From Gemmatimonadota bacterium (GTDB taxonomy: Bacteria > Gemmatimonadota > Gemmatimonadetes > Gemmatimonadales > GWC2-71-9): a DNA stretch of 64,000 nt. A program made the translations under genes and the position numbers. Under the pieces are notes generated by a model. That model ran no database searches, was not told the DNA's origin, and was given only the letters and a program-made list of their open reading frames with translations. Location of the stretch: NCBI GenBank assembly GCA_039930765.1, contig JBDTTF010000106.1, positions 30,373 through 94,372 on the forward strand, in the 5' to 3' direction. Each line of letters opens with the position of its first letter. Within the stretch, counting starts at the first letter, position 1. Below, piece after piece: positions 8,909 through 18,607 of the stretch.

Positions 8909-10336
8909 TCAGGCGGGCTGGCTCAATCCGATCACGATATCCATCACGTTGGTGCCGGTCGGGCGGGCGGGGATGAGGGCGCCTGCGGCCTGAAGCGCTG
9001 GAAAGGCATTGTGGCCCGCGAGCTCGCGGGCCGGGTCGAGGCCGGCCGCCAGGATGGCGGTCCAGGTTGAACTGTCAACGATGGCGCCTGCCGCATCGGT
9101 GGGGCCGTCTCGTCCATCGGTACCGGCTGACAGGAAGGAAAGGCCGGTCCGGCCCGATCCCGCCAGCACTTCAGCGGCCGCCAGCGCCAGCTCCTGATTC
9201 CGGCCGCCCAGCCCCGCCAAGGGGCCCAGGGTCACCGTCGTTTCCCCACCCCATATAAGGCAGAATGTATCTTTATGCATTTCCCCCCTTCCGGGCGCAG
9301 GGGATTCTGCATAGTTTACGAGCAGGTCGGCCAGACGCCTGCCGGCTGGCGCCGCTTCTCCAGCGAGGGCGGTGTCGAGGATCCGGGCCCTGAGGCCAAG
9401 CTGGCCGGCGTGGTGGGCCGCGGCCTCAAGGGCCAGCCGGTTGCTGACCACCACCTGCACTTCAAGATGCGTGAAGGCGGGGTCGCCCGGTTTCGGAGTT
9501 TCCGGCGCCCGGCCTTCGAGTACCGCCTCCAGGGCATCCCGCACCGATGCGGGGATCAGGTCCCAGAGGTTCGCGCCAGCCAGGGCGCGGCGCACGTCGC
9601 TGGCAATCGACTCATCCGGAATGCAGGGGCCCGAACCAATGGCCGCCAGGTCGTCACCGATGACGTCGGAGATTGTGAAATTTTTCACACGCGCGGGCAT
9701 CAGCACGGTCGCCAGGCGGCCGGCGCCCCAGCGGGAAAATCGCTTGCGGATCTGGTTCATGGCGGCGATATCCAGCCCTGAGCCCAGCAGCTGATCGTAA
9801 AGCTGAATCAGGTCGTCGGCCGGGATGCCATCGATCGGCGCCGCGATCAGGCTGGTGGTGCCACCGGAGAGCAGGACCCAGACTTCGTCGTCGCCGTGGA
9901 TGCTGCGGGCCAGCTGACCGATGGCGTCCGCCGCGGCAAACGAACCGGCTCCGGGATGCGGATGGTCGCCGGCCATCGAGATCAGGGAAGGATGCGGGGG
10001 CGGATCGGCAACCGGGCTGACGACCAGGCCACCGGCTGGCGTCAGGCCCCAGCTGTGCAGCCGCTCCACCGCTTCGGCGGCCATCGGAGTGGCGGCCTTG
10101 CCGAGTGCCAGCAGGAAGACTCGACGGGTGGACTCTGGTCGGCGGACGGCCAGGGCACGTCCCAGGGCCGGGCCGGGTGCGGCCGCGGTGACGGCGGCAC
10201 GATACAGCGCTTCCAGCAGCGTCCGCCGCGAGGCGGCCGTTGGGGTTTGTGCCACGAAACGCCAGCTCCAGAGGTGAGTGCGGCCGGTAAGATGGCCGTC
10301 CACCGTGCTTCGCGCGAGAGCCCGGAGCTTTCGCAC
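8909..10336 (-). CDS. gckA: glycerate 2-kinase (MOFRL / TtuD family)
   Basis: LLALGKAATPMA, WGGETTVTL..GLGGRNQELALAAA and LSAGTDGRDGPTDAAGAIVD (MOFRL) motifs. GTG 10336 has GGAG upstream. An alternative GTG at 10255 would give a more typical N-terminus and a 110-nt divergent spacer. Confidence 0.8.
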   Translation of the reverse strand: MRKLRALARSTVDGHLTGRTHLWSWRFVAQTPTAASRRTLLEALYRAAVTAAAPGPALGRALAVRRPESTRRVFLLALGKAATPMAAEAVERLHSWGLTPAGGLVVSPVADPPPHPSLISMAGDHPHPGAGSFAAADAIGQLARSIHGDDEVWVLLSGGTTSLIAAPIDGIPADDLIQLYDQLLGSGLDIAAMNQIRKRFSRWGAGRLATVLMPARVKNFTISDVIGDDLAAIGSGPCIPDESIASDVRRALAGANLWDLIPASVRDALEAVLEGRAPETPKPGDPAFTHLEVQVVVSNRLALEAAAHHAGQLGLRARILDTALAGEAAPAGRRLADLLVNYAESPAPGRGEMHKDTFCLIWGGETTVTLGPLAGLGGRNQELALAAAEVLAGSGRTGLSFLSAGTDGRDGPTDAAGAIVDSSTWTAILAAGLDPARELAGHNAFPALQAAGALIPARPTGTNVMDIVIGLSQPA

Positions 10337-10365
10337 CCATTACTCCAGCACAAAGGACTCATCGC

Positions 10366-11619
10366 ATGCCCGGCCGCAACCATCTCTTCGTTCCCGGACC
10401 GACCAACATTCCCGACCGGATCCTGCGGGCGATGCACGTCCCGTCCGAAGATCACCGTTCGTCGAAGTTTCCCGAACTGCCGTTGCAGGTCTTCCGGGAT
10501 CTCAAGAAGATCTTCCGGACCGAGAGCGGCCAGCCGTTCGTCTTTCCCGCCACTGGCACCGGCGGCTGGGAAGCGGCGCTGGCCAACACCTGTTCCCCCG
10601 GCGACAAGCTGCTGGCCTGCCGGTACGGGCAGTTCAGTCTGCTCTGGATCGACCTGGCCCAGCGGATCGGACTTGAGGTCGAGGTGATCGACGCCGAGTG
10701 GGGCGAAGGCGCACCCATGGACAAGATCCAGGCCCGGCTGGCCGCGGACACCGGTCACACGATCAAGGGCGTGATGATCGTGCACAACGAAACGGCCACC
10801 GGTGTCACTAGCGACATCGGTGCGGTCCGCAAGGCGATGAATGCGGCCAAGCATCCGGCGCTGCTGTATGTCGACAGCGTCAGCGGGCTGGGCAGCATCG
10901 ATTTCCGGTTTGACGAGTGGGGCGTGGACCTGGCCGTGACGGGCTCACAGAAGGGGCTGCAGCTGCCGGCCGGACTGGGCATCGTCTGCGCCAGCCCCAA
11001 GGCGCTGGCCAGGCGCGAAACCGCCAGGTGCGCCAGGGTCTTCTTCGATTTCGGCGATATGATCAAGGCCAATGGCACCGGTTACTTCCCCTATACGCCG
11101 TCGATCCCGATGTTATATGGCCTGCGCGAGTCGCTGACCATCCTGCTCGAGGAGGGACTCGACAATGTCTACGCCCGGCACAACCGGCTGGCTGAAGGCA
11201 CCCGCCGTGCGGTCAGGGCGTGGGGCCTGGAGCTCTGTGCCCGTGATCCCAGGTGGCATTCTGATACCGTGAGTGCCGTCATGGTTCCGGCCGGGTTCAA
11301 CGGCGCTGACGTGATCGATGTCGCCTACCGGCGATACAACCTTGCCCTCGGCGCCGGACTCAACAAGCTGGCCGGCAAGCTGTTCCGCATCGGGCACATG
11401 GGAGACCTCAACGACCTCATGCTGGTGAGCGGCCTTGCGGGCGCCGAGATGGCCATGCGGGATGTCGGAATTCCGATCGTGCCCGGCAGCGGGGTCGCGG
11501 CCGCGACCGAGTACTGGCGCACCAGCGCCGCGGCAATTCCCGGGCGGCCGGTGGTCGCGCTGCCCGACGCCGCCGTCAGGGCGCCCGAAGGCCGGGCCGC
11601 CGCGGCTGCCGCCCGATGA
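10366..11619 (+). CDS. sga: serine--glyoxylate aminotransferase (class V aminotransferase)
   Basis: The N-terminus MPGRNHLFVPGPTNIPDRILRAMHV closely recalls methylotroph Sga. A PLP-fold class V body follows. AAAGGA lies upstream of the ATG. Confidence 0.85.
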   Translation: MPGRNHLFVPGPTNIPDRILRAMHVPSEDHRSSKFPELPLQVFRDLKKIFRTESGQPFVFPATGTGGWEAALANTCSPGDKLLACRYGQFSLLWIDLAQRIGLEVEVIDAEWGEGAPMDKIQARLAADTGHTIKGVMIVHNETATGVTSDIGAVRKAMNAAKHPALLYVDSVSGLGSIDFRFDEWGVDLAVTGSQKGLQLPAGLGIVCASPKALARRETARCARVFFDFGDMIKANGTGYFPYTPSIPMLYGLRESLTILLEEGLDNVYARHNRLAEGTRRAVRAWGLELCARDPRWHSDTVSAVMVPAGFNGADVIDVAYRRYNLALGAGLNKLAGKLFRIGHMGDLNDLMLVSGLAGAEMAMRDVGIPIVPGSGVAAATEYWRTSAAAIPGRPVVALPDAAVRAPEGRAAAAAAR

Positions 11620-12563
11620 GTCACGCCCGCTACGAACCGGCGCGGGTCCGGCTGCAGCGCAGTGAGCTTGCGGTGCCCGGCACCAATCCCGGGATGTTTG
11701 TCAAGGCGCTGGAGGGGCCCGCCGACTACGTGTTCCTCGATCTGGAGGACGCGGTGGCGCCGGCCGACAAGGAGCAGGCCCGGATCAACGTGATCAAGGG
11801 GCTGCTCGAGCATGACTGGCAGGCCAGCGGCAAGACGATCTGCGTTCGGGTCAACGGGATCGATACGCACTACTTCTATCGCGACATGGTCGACGTCATC
11901 GAACAGGCCGGCCACCGGCTCGATGTCGTCCTGGTGCCGAAGGTCGGCACCCCGTCCGATGTCTATCTCACCGACGCGCTGCTGACCCAGATCGAAGCCG
12001 CCAAGGGCATCACCAATCGGATCGGCATCGATGTCCTGATCGAGACGGCCCTCGGGATGGCCAACGTGGAAGCCATTGCCCAGTCGAGCCGGCGCCTCGA
12101 GGCCATGCATTTCGGCGTGGCTGACTACGCCGCCAGCCTCCGGGCCCGCACCGTCAATATCGGGGGGCTCAATCCGGATTATCCTGGCGACCAGTGGCAC
12201 GCCGGACTGTGTCGAATGATCGTGGCGTGTCGGGCCTATGGCCTGCGGCCGATCGACGGACCATTTGGCGATTTCAAGGATCCGGATGGCTACCGGGCGG
12301 CCGCCCGGCGCGGGGCCGCCCTCGGTATTGAAGGGAAGTGGGCCATTCACCCGACCCAGATCGAACTGGCCAATGAAGTGTTCACGCCGCCGCCAGTCGA
12401 GGTGGACAAGGCACGGCGCATTCTGATCGCGCTGGAAGAAGCGGCCAAGGCCGGCAAGGGCGCCGCCCAGCTCGATGGCCGGATGATCGACGCGGCCTCG
12501 GCGCGGATGGCGGAGAATGTGGTGAATTTGGCGCGGGTGATTGCGGAGAAGTCGCGAGTCTAG
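11616..12563 (+). CDS. mcl: L-malyl-CoA / beta-methylmalyl-CoA lyase (HpcH/CitE fold)
   Basis: [60 protein letters not shown] and [10 protein letters not shown] are near-collinear with M. extorquens MclA as I recall it. ATGA overlap with sga. Confidence 0.85.
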   Translation: MSHARYEPARVRLQRSELAVPGTNPGMFVKALEGPADYVFLDLEDAVAPADKEQARINVIKGLLEHDWQASGKTICVRVNGIDTHYFYRDMVDVIEQAGHRLDVVLVPKVGTPSDVYLTDALLTQIEAAKGITNRIGIDVLIETALGMANVEAIAQSSRRLEAMHFGVADYAASLRARTVNIGGLNPDYPGDQWHAGLCRMIVACRAYGLRPIDGPFGDFKDPDGYRAAARRGAALGIEGKWAIHPTQIELANEVFTPPPVEVDKARRILIALEEAAKAGKGAAQLDGRMIDAASARMAENVVNLARVIAEKSRV

Positions 12564-12583
12564 AGTCGGGAGTCGGGAGTCCA
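12556..12583 (+). repeat. tandem heptamer (GAGTCNN)x4 spanning the mcl stop codon, including perfect (AGTCGGG)x2
   Basis: Read directly: gagtcta gagtcgg gagtcgg gagtcca. The TAG stop is at 12561-12563. Confidence 0.85.
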
Positions 12584-12645
12584 TTCCGGGCGGACCCTCG
12601 ACTGTGGACTCTCGACCGTCTCGAAGCCCAAAGGAGTTGCGGACT

Positions 12646-13818
12646 GTGGACATCCACGAATACCAGGCCAAGGAAATGCTCAGCGGGTTCGGCGTCGCGG
12701 TACCGCGCGGCGGGGTGGCGTACAGCCCCGAGCAGGCGGTCTACCGCGCGGCCGAGATCGGCGGCAGCAAGTGGGCGGTCAAGGCGCAGATTCACTCCGG
12801 CGCCCGCGGCAAGGCGGGTGGGATCAAGATCTGCGGTTCCGAGGATGAAGTCCGCAACGCCGCCAAGGAACTGCTGGGCAAGCGGCTGGTGACTCACCAG
12901 ACCGGCCCCGAAGGCCGGGTGGTCCATCGGCTGTATATCGAGGGCGCAGTCCAAATTGAGCGAGAGCTCTACCTCGGCTTTGTCCTCGACCGGAAGAGCC
13001 AGCGGATCATGGTGGTGGCGGCTCGTGAGGGCGGCATGGAAATCGAGGAGATCGCCCGCGAAAAGCCCCAGAGCATTCTGCGCGAGGTGATCGAACCGGC
13101 GGTCGGGATGCAGGCGTTCCAGGCCCGCGAGCTGGCGTTTGGCCTGGGGCTGACCGCCAAGCAGATCAGTGGTGCCGTCTCCACCATGCTGGGTGCCTAT
13201 CGCGCCTTTCGCGAGCTCGATGCCACCATGGTCGAGATCAATCCGCTGGTGCTGACCGGGGATGGACGGGTGCTGGCACTCGACGCCAAGATGACCTTCG
13301 ATGACAACGCGATGTTCCGCCGGCCCAATGTGGCCGAACTGCGCGACTACGCCGAAGAGGACCCCCGTGAGGCCCAGGCCGCCGAGCATGGGCTCAACTA
13401 CGTCGCACTGGACGGCCAGATCGGCTGCATCATCAACGGCGCCGGTCTGGCAATGGCCACGATGGACATGATCAAGCATGCCGGTGGCGAGCCGGCCAAT
13501 TTCCTCGATGTCGGTGGTGGCGCGTCCCCGGAGCGGGTGGCCGCGGCCTTCCGGCTGGTGCTCAGCGACAAGAATGTCGGCGCCATCCTGGTCAACATCT
13601 TTGCCGGAATCAACCGCTGCGACTGGGTGGCCACCGGCGTGGTGCAGGCCGTCAAGGAAGTCGGGCTCAAGGTGCCGCTGGTGGTGCGGCTGGCCGGCAC
13701 CAACGAGGCCGAGGGCCAGCAGATCATCGCCGACAGCGGGCTGCCGATCATCGGCGCCGACTCGCTGGCGGAAGCGGCGGACAAGGTAGTGGCGGCGTAC
13801 AAGAGTGCCAAGAATTGA
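12646..13818 (+). CDS. mtkA: malate--CoA ligase (malate thiokinase) beta subunit
   Basis: GTG 12646 lies 9 nt after [16 protein letters not shown].. ATP-grasp N-terminus at about 390 aa. [17 protein letters not shown] matches the MtkA-type loop rather than the SucC-type NIFGGIVRCD. Sits between mcl and hprA. Confidence 0.8.
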   Translation: MDIHEYQAKEMLSGFGVAVPRGGVAYSPEQAVYRAAEIGGSKWAVKAQIHSGARGKAGGIKICGSEDEVRNAAKELLGKRLVTHQTGPEGRVVHRLYIEGAVQIERELYLGFVLDRKSQRIMVVAAREGGMEIEEIAREKPQSILREVIEPAVGMQAFQARELAFGLGLTAKQISGAVSTMLGAYRAFRELDATMVEINPLVLTGDGRVLALDAKMTFDDNAMFRRPNVAELRDYAEEDPREAQAAEHGLNYVALDGQIGCIINGAGLAMATMDMIKHAGGEPANFLDVGGGASPERVAAAFRLVLSDKNVGAILVNIFAGINRCDWVATGVVQAVKEVGLKVPLVVRLAGTNEAEGQQIIADSGLPIIGADSLAEAADKVVAAYKSAKN

Positions 13819-13824
13819 CGGATC

Positions 13825-13840
13825 GCCGGATTGCCGGATT
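13825..13840 (+). repeat. perfect tandem octamer (GCCGGATT)x2, 7 nt after the mtkA stop
   Basis: Read directly. The second copy can pair with CCAATCC at 13874-13880. Confidence 0.9.
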
Positions 13841-13920
13841 GGGTGGCGCGATCAGCCTTCGCTCGCAAACCAGCCAATCCATCAATCTATCCATGCGTCC
13901 ATCCAACTCCTGAGGTTCGC

Positions 13921-14832
13921 ATGAGCGTGCTGATCGACGAAACGACCAAGGTCATCGTCCAGGGCTTCACCGGCGACAAGGCGACTTTCCACGCCAGGGA
14001 GATGATCGCCTACGGCACCCAGGTGGTCGGCGGGGTCACGCCGGGCAAGGGCGGCACTCGGCATCTGGATCTGCCGGTGTTCAACACCGTCAAGGAAGCG
14101 GTACGAGACACCGGGGCTGAAGCGAGCATCGTCTTCGTCCCGGCACCGTTCTGTGCCGATGCCATCATGGAGGCGGCGGACGCCGGTCTCCGGCTGGTCT
14201 GCTGCATCACCGACGGGATGCCGGCCCAGGACATGATGATGGTGAAGCGCTACCTGCTCCGGTATCCGAAGGACAAGCGGACCACGCTGGTGGGTCCCAA
14301 CTGCGCCGGAATCATCAGCGCCGGCAAAGCCATGCTGGGGATCATGCCCGGGCACATCTACTCGAGGGGCACCGTCGGGGTCGTCACCCGGTCGGGGACG
14401 CTGGGCTATGAAGCCGCCGCCCAGATGAACGCGCTCGGCATCGGTCAGACCACCAGCGTCGGCATCGGTGGAGACCCGGTGAACGGCTGTTCGTTCATGG
14501 ACACGCTGGCCCTGTTCGAGGCTGATCCGGAAACCGAGGCGGTGATGCTGATCGGCGAAATCGGCGGACCGCAGGAAGCCGAGGCCGCGATGTTCGTCAA
14601 GGAACACATGAAGAAGCCGGTGGTCGGCTACGTCGCCGGGCTGACGGCGCCCAAAGGCCGCCGGATGGGACACGCGGGGGCCATCATCTCCGCGTTCGGC
14701 GACAGCGCAGCCGAAAAGGCCGAGATCATGCGCTCCGCCGGATTGACCGTGGCCGTCAGCCCTGCCGAGCTGGGCAGGGCCATTGCGCAGGCGCTGGCGT
14801 CCGGTTCCAAGCGGGTCATGGTGGCCCAGTGA
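13921..14832 (+). CDS. mtkB: malate--CoA ligase alpha subunit
   Basis: ATG 13921 after GAGG. CoA-binding N-terminus [35 protein letters not shown] and phosphohistidine loop MGHAGAII. Called Mtk rather than SucD from context. Confidence 0.75.
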   Translation: MSVLIDETTKVIVQGFTGDKATFHAREMIAYGTQVVGGVTPGKGGTRHLDLPVFNTVKEAVRDTGAEASIVFVPAPFCADAIMEAADAGLRLVCCITDGMPAQDMMMVKRYLLRYPKDKRTTLVGPNCAGIISAGKAMLGIMPGHIYSRGTVGVVTRSGTLGYEAAAQMNALGIGQTTSVGIGGDPVNGCSFMDTLALFEADPETEAVMLIGEIGGPQEAEAAMFVKEHMKKPVVGYVAGLTAPKGRRMGHAGAIISAFGDSAAEKAEIMRSAGLTVAVSPAELGRAIAQALASGSKRVMVAQ

Positions 14833-15803
14833 GCAGCCGACCCCGGGTCGTCGTCACCCGCACGCTGCCGGCCGCGGTCGAGGCCGAGTTACAGAAGGAT
14901 TTTGACGCAGTCCTGAATGTCGATGACAAGCCGTTCGATGCCGATGGACTGAAAGCGGCGCTGCAGGACGCCGATGGGCTGCTGCCCACCGTGACCGACA
15001 AGCTGACGGCCGACGTATTGGGCGTGGCCGGACGCCAGGCGCGGATCGTGGCCAACTTCGGCGTGGGTTTCAATCACATCGACACCGCTGCGGCCAAGGC
15101 GGCCGGCCTGACGGTCAGCAACACCCCTGATGTCCTCACCGATGACACCGCGGACATCGCGATGACGCTGCTGCTGATGGTGGCGCGCCGGGCCGGCGAG
15201 GGGGAGCGCTACGTCCGCAGTGGACAGTGGACCGGCTGGCGGCCGACCCAGATGCTGGGCACCAAGGTCAGCGGCAAGACCCTGGGGTTGATCGGCATGG
15301 GTCGGATTGCCAGGGCGGTGGCCCGGCGGGCCCACCATGGTTTCGGCATGCGGGTCATCTTCCAGGATCCGTATCCTCCCAAGCCGGAGGAGGCCCGCGC
15401 CCTGGGCGCCGAGCCGAGAGACACGATCGATCAGGTCCTGGCCGAGGCGGATTTCGTCTCGCTGCACTGTCCGGCTACTCCCGAGACCCGGCATCTCATG
15501 AATGCCGCCCGGCTGGGCCGGATGCGGCGCACCGCATTCCTGATCAATACCGCCCGGGGAGATGTGGTGGATGAGGCGGCGCTGGCTGCCGCGCTGCAGG
15601 CCGGCACGATTGCCGGGGCGGGACTCGACGTGTTCGAGAAGGAGCCCGCGGTGACGCCGGCGCTGCTCACGATGGACCAGGTTGTCCTGTTTCCCCACCT
15701 CGGCAGCGCCACCACTGACACCCGGATCGCGATGGGGATGCGGGCGCTCGAGAATCTCTGCCTGTTCTTTGCCGGCAAGCCGGTGCGTGACCGGGTAGTG
15801 TGA
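14829..15803 (+). CDS. hprA: hydroxypyruvate/glyoxylate reductase (D-2-hydroxyacid dehydrogenase)
   Basis: NAD-binding GLIGMGRIARAVARRA and the catalytic region NTARGDVVDE...FPHLGSAT. GTGA overlaps at both ends. Confidence 0.75.
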   Translation: MSSRPRVVVTRTLPAAVEAELQKDFDAVLNVDDKPFDADGLKAALQDADGLLPTVTDKLTADVLGVAGRQARIVANFGVGFNHIDTAAAKAAGLTVSNTPDVLTDDTADIAMTLLLMVARRAGEGERYVRSGQWTGWRPTQMLGTKVSGKTLGLIGMGRIARAVARRAHHGFGMRVIFQDPYPPKPEEARALGAEPRDTIDQVLAEADFVSLHCPATPETRHLMNAARLGRMRRTAFLINTARGDVVDEAALAAALQAGTIAGAGLDVFEKEPAVTPALLTMDQVVLFPHLGSATTDTRIAMGMRALENLCLFFAGKPVRDRVV

Positions 15804-18544
15804 CGCCGGACGCCCAGCACCCGTTCGCCGCCGAACAGCTTCCCGCCTCCACCGACCCGCTGGCCGCGAGTGCCGCGGCCTACGCCTCGGAAGTCGCCGA
15901 GCTGCTGTTCAACATCCTGCTCGACGTGGTGCGGGCCAGCGAGCCTGCCATTGTCCCGATCCTGGCTGGCCAGCCACTCCCTCCGAACACACCTACCGGT
16001 ACGCTTGAAGCCCTGCTGAGGGCCCAGGGCATCTGGTTCCAGCTGCTCTCGATTGCCGAGCAGAATGCGGCGATGCGCCGGCGGCGCCAGGTCGAGAGTG
16101 TCCGCGGCCTGGAAACGGTTCGCGGCACCTTTGCCCAGGTCTTTCACGACGCGGTGCGTGACGGGATTCCACTCAGTGAAGTGCGCGCACTACTGGGCCG
16201 CCTGCAGGTCAGGCCCACCCTCACCGCCCACCCCACCGAAGCCAAGCGGGTCACGGTGCTCGAGCGCCACCGACGGATCTACCGCCGGCTGGTGGACCTC
16301 GAGTCGCCGCGCTGGACGCCCCGCGAACGGGCCGGCCTGAATGATCAGCTGCACAACGAAATCGAACTGCTCTGGCTGACCGGCGAGCTGCGGCTCGAGC
16401 GCCCCACCGTGCCGCAGGAGGTCTACTGGGGCATTCACTTCTTCAATGAGACGCTGTTCGAGGCGGTGCCCGAACTGCTCGAAAAGGCCGAGCGGGCGCT
16501 GCAGCAGGCGTGGCCCGGCGAGTCGTTCACGCTGAGCCCGTTCTTCCAGTTCGGTTCATGGATCGGTGGCGACCGGGACGGCAATCCATTCGTGACCACC
16601 GAAGTCACCCGCCTGACCCTGCTCGAGAACCGCCGGGCCAGCCTGGAACGGTACCGCAGCCGGCTGACCGACCTGACCCGGTCGCTGAGCATCACCGATC
16701 GGGCCTCGCGCACCAGCGATGAGTTCCGCCTGGCCCTGACCGCGGCGCTGACCGCCACCGGCGAAGGGGAACAGATCGCGGCCCGCAATCCGGGCGAGAT
16801 CTATCGGCAATTCCTGGCTTGCATGCTCCGGCGGCTTGAACTCACCCTGCAGCCGTCGGCGGGCGGCTACAGCCGCCCCGAGGATCTGATCGGCGACCTG
16901 TCGCTGATGGAACGGGCTCTCGAGTCTGGCGGGGCCGAGCGGATTGCCCATTCGCTGGTGCGGCCGGTGCGTCGCGAGGTCGAGAGCTTCCGGTTCAGCA
17001 CGGTGCGGCTCGACGTCCGGCAGAACAGCGACTGGCTCAACAGCGCGCTCGGGGTGCTCTGGCGGCTGCGAAAAAACAGCGAGCCACCGGCCGCTGACAG
17101 CGATGCCTGGCGCGAGTGGCTGCTGGCCGAACTGGCCCGGCCCTGGGCCGGTGAATTTCCGCGCAGCGCGCTCGGCCCCGAGCTCGGGGAAGCCCGCGAC
17201 CTGTTCGATTTGATCCGCGAAACCCGCGATCGGGCTGACCGCGACGCCTTTGGCTGCTTCATCCTCAGTATGACCCGCCGGGCCAGCGACCTGCTCGGCG
17301 TCTACCTGCTGGCCAAGCAGGCCGGACTGTTTGCCGATGGGGAGCGGGTCGAGGTCTGCACCCTGCCGGTGGTACCCCTGCTCGAAACCATCGACGACCT
17401 GCAGCGCGCGCCGGCGATACTTCGTGAACTGCTCGGCGTGCCGCTGGTCCGCCGGAGCGTGCGGGACCAGGGCGGTGTGCTCGAGGTCATGATCGGCTAC
17501 TCCGATTCCAACAAGGACGGCGGGTTCCTGACCTCGAACTGGGAACTCTCCAAGGCGCAGACCCGGCTCACCAGGCTTGGGCAGGAGCTGGGGATTCCGA
17601 TTTCCTTTTTCCATGGCCGGGGTGGTTCGGTCAGCCGTGGCGGAGCGCCGACCGGGCGGGCCATTGCGGCGCAACCGGCCGGGTCGATCAACGGCAGATT
17701 GCGACTCACGGAGCAGGGTGAGGTTGTTTCCTACAAGTACGCCAACCGCGGCACGGCCGCGTACCAGACCGAACTGCTGGCGGCCAGCGTGGTGGAGCAC
17801 GCGCTCCGTTCTGAACGGGAAGAGGCGCTGACCCCGCGCGGTGAATACGACGAAGCGCTGGAGGCGTTGAGCGGCGCGGCCCAGGCCGCGTATCGCCAGC
17901 TCATCGAGCACCCTCGGCTGGTCGAATACTTCCAGGAGTCGAGCCCGCTCGAGGAGCTGGCCCTGCTCAATATCGGCAGCCGCCCGGCTCGGCGCACCGG
18001 GCTCAAGGCGCTGTCGGACCTCCGGGCCATTCCCTGGGTCTTTGCCTGGTCCCAGAACCGGCATTTCATCACCGGCTGGTATGGCGTCGGCAGCGGGCTG
18101 GAGGCATTCCTGCAGATCAGGGGCGAGCGCGGCGAGAAACTGCTGAAGCGGATGTTTGCCGATTCCAGGCTGTTCAAGCTGGTGATCGACGAAACCGAGA
18201 AGACGATGACCTACGTTGATCTCAAGGTGGCCAGGGAGTTTGCCGGGCTGGTCTCCGATCACGCGGCGCGAGACGATATCTACGGGATGATCGAGTCCGA
18301 GTACCGGCGCACCATGGCCATGACGCTGCGGATTTCTGGCGATTCGGAAATTGCAGGACGGTTTCCCAGATTCCGCCGCCGGCTGGCCCGGCGGCTGCCG
18401 GCACTCAATCAAGTCAGCCTGCAGCAGGTTGAACTGCTGCGCCGGTTCCGCGCCGCCCAGAGCGATGAGGCGCGGCAGGAAGGGTTGTCAGCGCTGCTGC
18501 TGTCGATCAATTGTATTGCCAGTGGATTTGGAAGTACGGGATAA
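15800..18544 (+). CDS. ppc: phosphoenolpyruvate carboxylase
   Basis: TAHPTE, MIGYSDSNKDGGFLTSNWE and FHGRGGSVSRGGAP motifs, ending in the typical ...GSTG tail. 914 aa. Confidence 0.95.
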   Translation: MTPDAQHPFAAEQLPASTDPLAASAAAYASEVAELLFNILLDVVRASEPAIVPILAGQPLPPNTPTGTLEALLRAQGIWFQLLSIAEQNAAMRRRRQVESVRGLETVRGTFAQVFHDAVRDGIPLSEVRALLGRLQVRPTLTAHPTEAKRVTVLERHRRIYRRLVDLESPRWTPRERAGLNDQLHNEIELLWLTGELRLERPTVPQEVYWGIHFFNETLFEAVPELLEKAERALQQAWPGESFTLSPFFQFGSWIGGDRDGNPFVTTEVTRLTLLENRRASLERYRSRLTDLTRSLSITDRASRTSDEFRLALTAALTATGEGEQIAARNPGEIYRQFLACMLRRLELTLQPSAGGYSRPEDLIGDLSLMERALESGGAERIAHSLVRPVRREVESFRFSTVRLDVRQNSDWLNSALGVLWRLRKNSEPPAADSDAWREWLLAELARPWAGEFPRSALGPELGEARDLFDLIRETRDRADRDAFGCFILSMTRRASDLLGVYLLAKQAGLFADGERVEVCTLPVVPLLETIDDLQRAPAILRELLGVPLVRRSVRDQGGVLEVMIGYSDSNKDGGFLTSNWELSKAQTRLTRLGQELGIPISFFHGRGGSVSRGGAPTGRAIAAQPAGSINGRLRLTEQGEVVSYKYANRGTAAYQTELLAASVVEHALRSEREEALTPRGEYDEALEALSGAAQAAYRQLIEHPRLVEYFQESSPLEELALLNIGSRPARRTGLKALSDLRAIPWVFAWSQNRHFITGWYGVGSGLEAFLQIRGERGEKLLKRMFADSRLFKLVIDETEKTMTYVDLKVAREFAGLVSDHAARDDIYGMIESEYRRTMAMTLRISGDSEIAGRFPRFRRRLARRLPALNQVSLQQVELLRRFRAAQSDEARQEGLSALLLSINCIASGFGSTG

Positions 18545-18547
18545 AAC

Positions 18548-18583
18548 GCGAAAGGCGAAAAGCGGAAGGCGAACGGGAAGGCG
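18548..18583 (+). repeat. T-free purine-rich tandem heptamers (GCGRAAR)n, 4 nt after the ppc stop
   Basis: Read directly: gcgaaag gcgaaaa gcggaag gcgaacgggaag gcg. Confidence 0.8.
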
Positions 18584-18588
18584 TATCC

Positions 18589-18602
18589 CGCTCACCGCTC
18601 AC
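18589..18602 (+). repeat. perfect tandem heptamer (CGCTCAC)x2
   Basis: Read directly in the ppc/rlmN convergent spacer. Confidence 0.9.
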
Positions 18603-18607
18603 CCCGA

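Noticed and set aside
10288-10293. TAAGAT as the -10 box of an sga promoter
   Set aside because: No TTG-type -35 lies 16-18 nt upstream (GCTCCA/CTCCAG), so the hexamer alone is not convincing.
11325-12671. 448-aa minus-strand ORF
   Set aside because: It is antisense to the sga 3' end and mcl, is low-complexity, and contains no recognisable domain. The sense-strand genes have strong homology.
12646-14832. Calling this pair succinyl-CoA synthetase (sucCD)
   Set aside because: The beta subunit has the AGINRCDW loop and overall collinearity I associate with MtkA, not the SucC GGIVRCD loop. The pair is embedded between mcl and hprA. This is not proven without a phylogeny.
16556-18412. 618-aa minus-strand ORF
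   Set aside because: It is entirely antisense to ppc. The Arg/Pro/Gly-rich, motif-free translation is typical of the mirror frame of a high-GC gene.
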